DNA of 16,753 bases, taken from NCBI GenBank assembly GCA_003166335.1, contig PMWA01000086.1, positions 1 through 16,753 of the forward strand, in the 5' to 3' direction. This document shows, piece by piece, positions 8,760-16,753 of the stretch. A model generated the notes under the pieces. The model did no database searches and was not told the DNA's origin. It saw only the letters and a list, made by a program, of their open reading frames with translations. This DNA is from Methanobacterium sp. Lineage in GTDB: Archaea; Methanobacteriota; Methanobacteria; Methanobacteriales; Methanobacteriaceae. Each line of letters begins with the position of its first letter. The first letter of the stretch is position 1. Both the position numbers and the translations under genes were made by a program.

Positions 8760-10028
8760 CTAATTTTTTTTAAATAACCGCAAAGTAGGATTATACATTT
8801 CTCCTGATGTTTTATAACATTCTATTGATTCTAATAAATCACTTTTTTTCTCAAAAAATTGTCCAAAATAAATCATGCGTTGAATTAATTCTTTTAAAGT
8901 GTTCCTCAGCTCATTAATGTCTTTAGGATCTACTTTTGTACTTCTTCCATGAACTATATCACTTCTTATCCCATAAAACTTCTTAATTTTCGTCATGATG
9001 GAAACTCTATTTTCTGGAGGTCTGAGAATCATTCCAACTGATTCAGATATAAATTTGGTAATCGGTATTTCCAGTGTATGAGGAGTTAAAAATATTTCCA
9101 TACATATGATTAGGCTAAGGAATTCATTTTTTATGTCATTTTGAATTTGAGAAATCCTAAACCAATGGATGCTTAGAAGAATAGTATGTTCAAAATGAGT
9201 TTTTTGGTTATTTGGTTTTTTTATAATATCAGCAATCTTAAAGATGCCATTATCTTCCATTATTTTTAAGTTGTAATTATTAATTTTGAAATTACTTTGA
9301 GAATGTTTTAAATTGTCAGCCCAATAGCGTACACCATATTCGGGATTATAACATATTATACTTCCCGGACTGGTGGTTAACACTTGTCCTTGAAATCCGA
9401 CAGAGATTTTATGAACATCTGAATAAATAAAAGGTATAGCATAACTTATTAGGTCTAGAACTTTTGAAGTTTCTCTTTCGGCTTCTTCAATTGCCCATTT
9501 TGGTTCTGAAAAAGTTTTAAATTCGGAATAAATTTTACCAATATAATCTTTAGTTGAAAAAAGCAATTTCTTTTCAGGTTCATCTAAATTTTCTGCAATT
9601 TCATTGGTCATCTCTTTCAAAACTACATTACCTAACTCTATTGTGGGATTCTCAATATCCAATTCTATTCCCTCTAAAAATAGACAAACTATAATTTCCT
9701 GGAAAGGTTTTTCTAAAATATCAACGATAAATGGATTTAATTCTGCTTCTTCTATTCCTAATTTTAAAATTTCACTTATTAATTGATCAATAATTTCATT
9801 CATATATTCATCTGAAAAAGCCTCATTGGGGAATGAATGATTTTTCTTTAATCCTCGTAAAATCTTTCCCCTTAAAATACCATATGTACGACGAAAATCT
9901 TTTATATAAAATAGAGTATCTTCAGAAGATTTAATAATACGAAAATCATCTCCTGGCCACTGTGATGTAACGGACTTAGCAATTTTAATTGCTTCACAAA
10001 TTATATCTTTATTCGTATCGTTATCCAT
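8760..10028 (-). CDS. HEPN domain protein (ApeA-like HEPN), putative defence RNase
   Basis: C-terminal SIHWF..FLSLIICMEIFL..KKFYGIRSDIVHG has the RxxxxH HEPN motif and the upstream conserved E. Middle region LFLEGIEL...IELGNVVL resembles ApeA-like N-terminal domains. Confidence 0.8.
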   Translation of the reverse strand: MDNDTNKDIICEAIKIAKSVTSQWPGDDFRIIKSSEDTLFYIKDFRRTYGILRGKILRGLKKNHSFPNEAFSDEYMNEIIDQLISEILKLGIEEAELNPFIVDILEKPFQEIIVCLFLEGIELDIENPTIELGNVVLKEMTNEIAENLDEPEKKLLFSTKDYIGKIYSEFKTFSEPKWAIEEAERETSKVLDLISYAIPFIYSDVHKISVGFQGQVLTTSPGSIICYNPEYGVRYWADNLKHSQSNFKINNYNLKIMEDNGIFKIADIIKKPNNQKTHFEHTILLSIHWFRISQIQNDIKNEFLSLIICMEIFLTPHTLEIPITKFISESVGMILRPPENRVSIMTKIKKFYGIRSDIVHGRSTKVDPKDINELRNTLKELIQRMIYFGQFFEKKSDLLESIECYKTSGEMYNPTLRLFKKN

Positions 10029-10254
10029 AAATTATCATCTATAAAGCTTTTTAAGAAATTTTTTTTAACCATATGTTCTATGAATTAATAATCTATTTAA
10101 TTGAAAAATTAAGGTTAAAATTCAGACCTAATCTTTTTATTATTAGAAACCATAATTGTATGAATAATTTTATATCTTCATCTTTTTTTTAACCTATTTT
10201 TTTAAAATTAAATTAATGTTTTACGGTTAAAATCACTTCAGATTATAGGATGGT

Positions 10255-11490
10255 TTAAAAAGAAAGGTTTGAAATCCTATTCATGGCTTCTTTAGTATTT
10301 TCTAGCGTGTTGAATGAGGTGAGTCTGAGGTAACCTTCACCACTAGGACCAAAGCCTACACCGGGAGTGCCTACAATATATGCTTTATCAAGTAATAAAT
10401 CAAAAAAATCCCATGAATTCATGTTTTTAGGAGTTTTAATCCATATATATGGGGAATTAACTCCACCGTAAACATTTAACCCAATACTTTTTAAACTTTC
10501 ACGTATGATGGCAGAGTTTTTTATGTAATAACTTATTGATTCTTTAATTTCATTTTTTCCTTCAGAAGAGTAAACTGCCATGGCTGCTTTTTGCACGGGA
10601 TAAGATACACCGTTAAATTTGGTGGTTTGACGACGGTTCCAGAGATAATTTAACGGATGTGTCTGACCTTGAGCATCATATCCCATTATTTCCTCCGGTA
10701 CTATGGTGTACGCGCATCTTGTTCCAGTAAATCCTGCGTTTTTTGAAAAGCTGCGGAATTCTACAGCTACTTCTTTTGCACCATTTATTTCATAAATACT
10801 GTGTGGTATATTTTTTTCTTGTATATATGCCTCATAGGCAGCATCGAATAGTATAATTGATTTATTATCTATTGCATAATCAACCCATTCTCGTAATTGT
10901 TCCTTGTTTAAAGTAGTGCCAGTGGGATTGTTAGGGTAACATAAATATATTAAATCTACATTGGATGATGGTAGTTTGGGTATGAATTCATTTTCTTCAG
11001 TGCAGGGTAAATAAATTAGATTTTGGTAACGTCCATCATCGCTCATGGGTCCTGTTCGGCCTGCCATAACATTACTATCTACATAGACTGGATATACGGG
11101 ATCTGTAACTGCTACCTTGTTATCGAGGCTGAAGATTTCCTGTATATTTCCGGTGTCGCATTTTGCTCCGTCGCTTATGAAAACTTCACTTTCATTTAAT
11201 TGTATGCCTCGGGGTTTGTAATCATTTTTAATGATTTCGTTAATTAGAAATTCATAGCCTTGTTCTGGTCCATACCCATGGAAGGTGTCATTCACACTCA
11301 TCTCATTTACTGCGTTATGGAATTCACGGATAATGGCATTGGCTAGTGGTTTAGTGACATCTCCGATTCCCATTTTGATTATGTTTGCTTGGGGATGTTC
11401 TGTTTGATAATTTTCAATTCGTTGTGCGATTTCAGCGAAGATGTAATTGCTTTTAAGTAATAAATAATTTTCATTGATTTTTACTGCCAT
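10255..11490 (-). CDS. dapL: LL-diaminopimelate aminotransferase
   Basis: [56 protein letters not shown] (PLP lysine), [23 protein letters not shown] at 11502-11506. Confidence 0.97.
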   Translation of the reverse strand: MAVKINENYLLLKSNYIFAEIAQRIENYQTEHPQANIIKMGIGDVTKPLANAIIREFHNAVNEMSVNDTFHGYGPEQGYEFLINEIIKNDYKPRGIQLNESEVFISDGAKCDTGNIQEIFSLDNKVAVTDPVYPVYVDSNVMAGRTGPMSDDGRYQNLIYLPCTEENEFIPKLPSSNVDLIYLCYPNNPTGTTLNKEQLREWVDYAIDNKSIILFDAAYEAYIQEKNIPHSIYEINGAKEVAVEFRSFSKNAGFTGTRCAYTIVPEEIMGYDAQGQTHPLNYLWNRRQTTKFNGVSYPVQKAAMAVYSSEGKNEIKESISYYIKNSAIIRESLKSIGLNVYGGVNSPYIWIKTPKNMNSWDFFDLLLDKAYIVGTPGVGFGPSGEGYLRLTSFNTLENTKEAMNRISNLSF

Positions 11491-11700
11491 TTTTAAATTT
11501 TCTCCTGTTATTTAATGTTATAAATATTATTTTAAAACTTAATTCAATTAAAATATATTTTATTTAACTTAGCCAATCTTTATTCTCAAGTGCATTAAAT
11601 ATTAAAATTATATCTTATTAAAATAATTCAATTATATAATTGTAATAGTTAACAATTTTTTATTAATCACTATAATATAAGTAATAGAATAAGATTAAGG

Positions 11701-11721
11701 TTTATAAGTAATTTATAAGTA
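11701..11721 (+). promoter_or_regulatory. Tandem TATA-like direct repeat TTTATAAGTA x2
   Basis: Exact 10-mer at 11701-11710 and 11712-11721, 20-40 nt upstream of the likely kinase start at 11742. Confidence 0.4.
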
Positions 11722-11741
11722 TGATATGGGGGAAGTTTTTT

Positions 11742-12770
11742 ATGAGTAATAAATTCATGAATATTCTATTAGTTGAAGATAATCCTGGTGATGTTTTAAT
11801 TATAGATAAAATGCTTAATGAAGTGGTTGGCACTGATTTTAAGTTAGTGAATACTAATCGATTGGAATTGGCATTACAACATCTCTTAAAAGATAATTTT
11901 GATGCCATGCTTCTTGATCTGGGACTTTTAGATAGTCAAGGTATGAATACTTTCGTTACTATCAAAATGCATTCACCTAAATTACCCATAGTGATTCTTA
12001 CTGGATTGGTTGACGAAGAATTTGCTGTTAAAGCTATTGGAGAGGGTGCTCAGGATTACTTAATTAAAGGTCAAATTGATGGTAAATTACTGATTCGTAG
12101 TATTAGATACGCTATTGAACGTAAAAATGCGGAAGAGTTGATTAAGAAATCTTTAGAGGAAAAAAAGGTGCTTATTAAGGAAATTCATCATCGGGTGAAA
12201 AATAATTTAATGGTGATTTCAGGGTTACTAAATCTACAATCTCAATATATCCATGATCAGAATGATTTAGAATTTTTCAAAGAGAGTCAAGCACGAGCCA
12301 AGTCAATGGCGTTGATTCATGAGCATTTATATCAATCTGATAATGTTAAGAGTATTGATTTCGGTGAATATATCGTGAAACTATCAAATGATCTTTTCCA
12401 TGCTTACAACTGTGATGCTAGTCATGTTAAATTTGATATAAATGTTGAAAATATTATGGTTGATGTAGACACTGCGATTCCATTGGGCTTGATTGTAAAC
12501 GAATTAATATCTAATAGTCTGAAGCAGGGGTTTCCTGATGGTAGATCTGGTGAAATTAAAATTAAATTCCACCATTATCATGATAAACTTCAATTAATTG
12601 TGAAAGATAATGGAATAGGTCTTTCAGGAAAATTGGATTATAAAAATACTGATAGTTTAGGATTACAACTTGTGAATTTATTGACAGGTCAAATTGATGG
12701 CGAATTAGAAGTGAACATGAATGGAGGAACTGAATTCATTATATCTTTCACTGAATTAAACTATAACTAG
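11742..12770 (+). CDS. Hybrid sensor kinase: receiver domain, HisKA_2, HATPase
   Basis: [26 protein letters not shown]-box [11 protein letters not shown]-box [10 protein letters not shown]-boxes DNGIG and SLGLQLV. Start placed at ATG 11742 after GGGGGAAG (track start 11721; 11757 also possible). Confidence 0.92.
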   Translation: MSNKFMNILLVEDNPGDVLIIDKMLNEVVGTDFKLVNTNRLELALQHLLKDNFDAMLLDLGLLDSQGMNTFVTIKMHSPKLPIVILTGLVDEEFAVKAIGEGAQDYLIKGQIDGKLLIRSIRYAIERKNAEELIKKSLEEKKVLIKEIHHRVKNNLMVISGLLNLQSQYIHDQNDLEFFKESQARAKSMALIHEHLYQSDNVKSIDFGEYIVKLSNDLFHAYNCDASHVKFDINVENIMVDVDTAIPLGLIVNELISNSLKQGFPDGRSGEIKIKFHHYHDKLQLIVKDNGIGLSGKLDYKNTDSLGLQLVNLLTGQIDGELEVNMNGGTEFIISFTELNYN

Positions 12771-12786
12771 ATTAAAATATTAGAAT

Positions 12787-13299
12787 TCATTTTAAAACAT
12801 AGTATGCTGCTTTTAAAATCTGATTTAATTCAATTAAATAATTCCTAGAATAGTAAATAATTATTGTAGTAATAAAAGCTAACACTATAGATAATAAAAT
12901 TTCCCTGGAATTAATATAATTTAAATATATATACAAAATACCACTAGTTAATCCTAAAATAAGTAATATTAATCCGGATTTCCTAGTTTCTTTGAAATAA
13001 GTTAACATTAATGCTATGCTTAACATGAAGGATACATTAATTGAATTAAAAACAAGAAAATATCCTAATATCATATTTATAATAAATCCTAAAAAGCCAG
13101 CATACACACTGTATAAAACAATATCCATGTATTCATCATCCTTTTTAATCCAGATATAAATTAACCAAGCAACAAATATTAATGGTAAAAAATTTAGACT
13201 TATAGAAATGTTAATTGAATTCAAATCTATAATATTTAATAAAATCATGATAATTACACTTCTTTTCAAAAAATATTCTCTTTTATTAAATAATCTCAT
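12787..13299 (-). CDS. Membrane protein, apparent PAP2 (BcrC/YbjG-like lipid phosphatase) homolog without catalytic motifs
   Basis: Helix pattern LIYIW..EY..VLYSVYAGFLGFIIN / MLSIALML..FKETRKSG.ILLIL..SG / EIL.S...A / L..LNQIL resembles undecaprenyl-diphosphatase-like PAP2 proteins, but the RP, PSxH and RxxxxxHxxxD motifs are absent. The real start may be ATG 13248. Confidence 0.5.
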   Translation of the reverse strand: MRLFNKREYFLKRSVIIMILLNIIDLNSINISISLNFLPLIFVAWLIYIWIKKDDEYMDIVLYSVYAGFLGFIINMILGYFLVFNSINVSFMLSIALMLTYFKETRKSGLILLILGLTSGILYIYLNYINSREILLSIVLAFITTIIIYYSRNYLIELNQILKAAYYVLK

Positions 13300-13448
13300 A
13301 GTAAATTTTATAAATTAAAATTTTATTATAATGTATATATGTTGAATATTCAGATAATCCTTTATCTAACACAACTTCTATACGTAAAATTTAATTAGTC
13401 TCCTAAATATGGATTTAGTTTAACGCAAGCTAATACCGGAGCTCTAAA

Positions 13449-13471
13449 AGTTAACAAAAATTGTGTTAACT
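13449..13471. promoter_or_regulatory. Inverted repeat AGTTAACA-N7-TGTTAACT, possible operator
   Basis: Perfect 8-bp arms in the divergent intergenic region between the PAP2-like and SRPBCC genes. Confidence 0.3.
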
Positions 13472-13718
13472 GAATTTATTATAATTAAAAATCCACCCAA
13501 ATCCATTATAAAATAATTATTTAAATACATAATTTCATTTTTTATATTTATATTAAGAATTAAAATTTCTTACCCATTTATAAAAGCAAACAAAAATTTT
13601 TGGGGGTGAATAACTATAGAAATTTCTATGTTTAATAAAATTGGATTTAACATTTAAAAAAAATTAAATTCTAATAGAGTATATAATAAAAAATTAATTT
13701 CAATGGATGTGTTTTAAG

Positions 13719-14117
13719 ATGGGAAATATTAAAAAAGAGTATAAAATATCTGCTCCTATAAAGGAAGTTTGGAAGGCTTTAATTGATCCTAAAATCATTG
13801 CTGAATGGGGTGGTCGACCAATCAAGATGGATGCAAAAGTTGGCACTGAATTCAAGCTTTGGGATGGAGATATCCATGGAAAAAATATTGAAGTAATAAA
13901 AGAGAAAAAGCTGGTTCAGGAATGGTTTAGCGGAGAGTGGCCAAAACCATCAATAGTAACTTTTATACTTCAAATCCAGGATCATGAAACAATTTTGGAA
14001 CTCGAACATATCAATGTACCAGATGAGGAAGTAGATGATATTGACCAAGGATGGAATGATTACTACATTGGTCCAATGAAAGAATTACTCGAGAAAAAAT
14101 ATGTTAAGAAAAAATAA
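13719..14117 (+). CDS. SRPBCC/AHSA1 (Aha1-like) domain protein
   Basis: ISAPIKEVWKALIDP..I.EW, G.F.L.DG.I.G, KLVQEW...W...S.V.F, L.L.H..VP, GW.DYY..PMKELLE. ATG 13719 is preferred over 13707. Confidence 0.9.
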   Translation: MGNIKKEYKISAPIKEVWKALIDPKIIAEWGGRPIKMDAKVGTEFKLWDGDIHGKNIEVIKEKKLVQEWFSGEWPKPSIVTFILQIQDHETILELEHINVPDEEVDDIDQGWNDYYIGPMKELLEKKYVKKK

Positions 14118-14132
14118 TTTTTTAATACCTTA

Positions 14133-14330
14133 TTATTTATAAAAAAATTTACTCGACAAAATAAATCCTATAATTCCAAATACAATTGAAGCAATATATA
14201 TTATTAATCAATAGCATATGTAACTAAATAGGGAATTATTTATTAAACTCCAAACATAAAAGAAACACTAATAATATCTGGAAAATATACTGAATCCTAA
14301 TTTATCTAGATTAGATAATTATCATATTAA
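14133..14330 (-). pseudogene. Possible remnant of a small membrane protein gene
   Basis: Broken hydrophobic frames ending LIIYIASIVFGIIGFILSSKFFYK* (stop 14133-14135). Could be chance in AT-rich DNA. Confidence 0.2.
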
Positions 14331-14384
14331 ATATTATATCATAAGAATTACAATTAGAATACTTTTTACAAATATTTTCATTTA

Positions 14385-15518
14385 ACGAACTTGATTTTTT
14401 TTGTAAACGTTTTGGAGATTTTTTTGTGGTGTTTTTTTGCAAATTTTCTTTTTTTTCTCTTTATTTTGTTCTATTTTCACAATTTTTTTGGTTAACGTTC
14501 GCTAGGGGGTGTTTTTTTGCCTGAGGGTGTTTAGTTATAGTAGGTTGTAGCAGAAGCAGTTGAAGATGTTTTTATTACGGCGTATGGCCGTTCATCTGGC
14601 GTTTTTTTACGAGTTATGCGTTTGTTTTCGCATTTTTTCCCGTATACTTAGTGGATGGTTACGTGTGGAGCGGTTCATGGTGGCGTTATGGCATTTGCAA
14701 GATGCTCCGAAATATCAGCGGTCCCTATATGCAACTTCTCCTGGTTTACTGAGGTCAATTTGACTATCATGAACCGAAGCAGGAGTGGTTTCTATTTCTC
14801 TTATTAAACCATAGTCAATGTCCATTTTTACTGTGTAATTTATATCCGTAAATGGGATTTTCCGCCTTTCTTAACCCATTCACCTTCTTTGTTTCGCCTA
14901 GTTTTGGTTTCAGGTCCGCGTGGTTCATCCACCTTTTGGTGACCTGGTTCAGCTGTTATAAACGTAGCATCTTGTATAACGCCTTCTTTAATCTTATAAT
15001 CCCTTGGCATCTATCTGTCGTTGCAGTTCTTCCCATATTCTTTCTTCTTTACCCGTATCGATTAAACGTTCTCTGAAAGCCCAGACCGTGGAACGGTCTG
15101 GGATTCTTTCAGGGAATCCTAAAAACTTGTGAAAGGAAATACGATCATTAGCTTGTCTTTCAAGCTCAGGATTCCGATAAACCATACCACGACTGTAAAA
15201 TCAACATCTTAACCATAACTATCTCATCATTATTAGGCCTACCACCTCGTTCTGTGTGATTATCATACATTTCCCGAATAATTGGTCTAAAAACTTCCCA
15301 ATCAATAAGCGGATCAATCTCAGCCAACTTATCGCCCAGTTCTTGCACACGAGCATACTGCTTACTCATGAAATAATTCTCAAACGACTTCATAATACCC
15401 CTATTAACCCAATAATATTTAAATATTATGTAAACTACATTTAAACCCACATTAACTGAGAAAACACAAACCCCAAAGTTAAAATCAAAAAAAAACAAAC
15501 TGCTTTATAGAAATTCTC
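14385..15518 (-). mobile_element. Degenerate IS5-family insertion sequence
   Basis: Contains an IS5 transposase pseudogene. Candidate terminal repeat GAGAATTTCTATAAA (minus strand, 15518-15504) lies upstream of it. The partner repeat was not found, so the lower boundary is estimated from the T-rich tract. Confidence 0.75.
14502..15393 (-). pseudogene. IS5-family DDE transposase, multiply frameshifted
   Basis: RBS AGGGGT then MKSFENYF..LAEIDPLIDWE.FRP..GGRP..KMLILQSWYGLS/PELERQANDRISF..PDRSTVWAFRERL/GVIQDATFI..GYKLH/..ASVHDSQIDL..YRDR*YFG..ERPYAVIK/NIFNCFCYNLL*. Several frameshifts plus nonsense codons at 14715-14717 and 14535-14537. Confidence 0.92.
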
Positions 15519-15648
15519 TTTAAAAATTTGAACTCACTCAATTAAGAGTGCTCAAAAAATATATTTTTTATTTCATTAAAAAAAAAGGTAAAAAAATATT
15601 TAGGGTTTTTGAAATTTTTTATTCCCATAAATATATTTATTTTTAGCT

Positions 15649-16752
15649 TTAGACATCTACGTTGTAGATGGATTCTGCGCATTGAGTCATAGTGCTGGTG
15701 GTTAAACCATAATAGTATTGTATTCCATTATCTAAGAGATATTGAGCTGGATTTGCAATTCCTGTGAATGATGCTGGATCGTAGTTATCATCATGTGCAC
15801 GTGGTAACCATGCTAAACCATTGATGTTAGTTGCTGTAGGTGTATAAACAACGAAATCCGTCCTTTTTCCGAGGATATCCTTATACCAGGTACTTGATTT
15901 CTCAGCTATTACTCCAGCGTCAGCTCCACCATAAATTTCAACAATAACCGCATTACTAGGCACACTAGAATCACTTAACACACTGTCATGTGTATCAGGT
16001 CCTAATCCCATGTCATAAGCTTTAATTCCTAATTTGGCTAAGGCACTGATTAAATCATCAATCCTTGCTGTGTCTGTTTGAATATTATTTATATTGTCAG
16101 AACATATATAAACAGGTCTTAATGCAGCGCTACCTTCGGATGATACAGTGTTTGCGATGACTTTGGACCAAGGCTCTACTGATACGTAACTGGGTAGTCT
16201 ATTGTTAGTGTTTTGGAAGTTCAGTAACTTACTGAAGGTGTATACTAAGTTATTGAAATTGATTTTACCGAGTGAACTGTTAACGTAACTGGGTGCTTTT
16301 ACAGTTGATGCTATGCTTGTCTCAATACTCTGTGCAATGTTAAGGTACTCTGATTTTAAGATATTTCCACTTTTAACTGTTTCAGTGGAATTAGTTGGAG
16401 TAACCACAGTTTTAATGGTTATTGGTGTGGTTAATCCTTTGTTAATGTTCAGCAAGTTTGCTGTGATTAATTGTAAGAATTGTGGCATTGTAACTTCAGT
16501 GTTAGCGATTGTAACGTAATTGGGTAATCTTTGGTTGGTTTGCACAAAATTAGTTATGCTGGTTGCTGCAGTGTTAATTTGCTTACTAGTGAAACTTACA
16601 CTAGCGGGTGATCCAGCAGCTTTCACAGTTGATGTAGTGTTAGTTGCGGTTGTGGTTTTTGTAGTAGTAGTTGTAGTTGTCGTTTTAGTTATGTTTGTTA
16701 CATTTGTTAAATTATGACTTGTAGTGGAATTTTGATTAGAAGTCCCATTTGT
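15649..16752 (-). CDS. Pseudomurein-binding-repeat (PMBR) cell-surface protein, 5' end outside the window
   Basis: The frame stays open past the track's GTG (16626) to the window edge through a Thr/Asn-rich linker. PMBR-like units: AATSITNFVQTNQRLPNYVTI, EYLNIAQSI..KAPSYV, LVYTFSKLLNF..NNRLPSYVSV. C-terminal globular domain with SDNI, GLGPDTH, GGADAG, LPRAHDDNY. Confidence 0.85.
   Translation of the reverse strand, partial: TNGTSNQNSTTSHNLTNVTNITKTTTTTTTTKTTTATNTTSTVKAAGSPASVSFTSKQINTAATSITNFVQTNQRLPNYVTIANTEVTMPQFLQLITANLLNINKGLTTPITIKTVVTPTNSTETVKSGNILKSEYLNIAQSIETSIASTVKAPSYVNSSLGKINFNNLVYTFSKLLNFQNTNNRLPSYVSVEPWSKVIANTVSSEGSAALRPVYICSDNINNIQTDTARIDDLISALAKLGIKAYDMGLGPDTHDSVLSDSSVPSNAVIVEIYGGADAGVIAEKSSTWYKDILGKRTDFVVYTPTATNINGLAWLPRAHDDNYDPASFTGIANPAQYLLDNGIQYYYGLTTSTMTQCAESIYNVDV
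16627..16720 (-). repeat. Low-complexity ACN-codon tract encoding a Thr-rich linker
   Basis: (gta/gtt)n-like pattern on +; minus strand reads TKTTTTTTTTKTTTATNTTST. Confidence 0.7.
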
Positions 16753-16753
16753 A

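Noticed and set aside
9604..9786. 60-aa + strand ORF
   Set aside because: Antisense shadow inside the HEPN gene.
11702..11908. 68-aa minus-strand ORF
   Set aside because: Antisense shadow of the kinase receiver domain.
14560..15444. + strand ORFs 14560-14763, 14852-15076 and 15256-15444
   Set aside because: Antisense to the IS5 transposase pseudogene; no independent features.
15394..15498. N-terminal extension of ORF 15166-15498
   Set aside because: Non-coding IS end read in frame; RBS and homology start at ATG 15393.
13616..15518. Composite transposon carrying the SRPBCC gene between the 13616 palindrome and the IS5 end
   Set aside because: The match to the terminal repeat is partial and no target-site duplication is evident.
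15527..15556. Hairpin CACTC-AATTAA-GAGTG downstream of the PMBR gene
   Set aside because: Only a 5-bp perfect stem; nearby T-runs on the minus strand are enough to explain termination.
16313..16717. + strand ORFs 16313-16519 and 16520-16717 (Val-rich)
   Set aside because: Antisense reading of the Thr-rich PMBR gene.
1..16753. CRISPR array, tRNA, rRNA or structured ncRNA
   Set aside because: No regularly spaced repeats or GC-rich structured islands were seen; the intergenic stretches with higher GC mostly resolve into pseudogene or IS fragments. A covariance-model search was not run.

Overview
AT-rich accessory region from a pseudomurein-walled methanogenic archaeon (Methanobacteriales, Methanobacterium-like). 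The assignment is inferred from an HMf-type histone, a pseudomurein-binding-repeat protein, DapL and a REC-HisKA_2 kinase. Apparently intact genes: a GT-C-like membrane protein, a nitroreductase-rnc operon, a DHH/DHHA1 phosphoesterase, two orphans, an atypical histone, an ApeA-like HEPN protein, dapL, a hybrid sensor kinase, a PAP2-like protein lacking its catalytic motifs, an SRPBCC protein and a PMBR surface protein that runs off the window. Decayed pieces lie between them: two IS remnants, a frameshifted methyltransferase, a 5'-truncated PQQ/Ig surface protein, and zinc-ribbon and amidohydrolase fragments missed by the ORF track. Best leads: (i) a histone variant that keeps the tetramer interface but has lost the L1 glycine and the DNA-contact residues R19/K53/K56, lying tail-to-tail with a HEPN RNase and beside two orphans; (ii) an archaeal RNase III with a Dicer-like [10 protein letters not shown] signature (Q at the E. 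coli E38 position), divergent from a DHH nuclease; (iii) a PMBR protein with an uncharacterised, enzyme-like C-terminal domain. All family calls come from motif recognition and recalled consensus sequences; no searches were run. No rRNA, tRNA or CRISPR array was seen.
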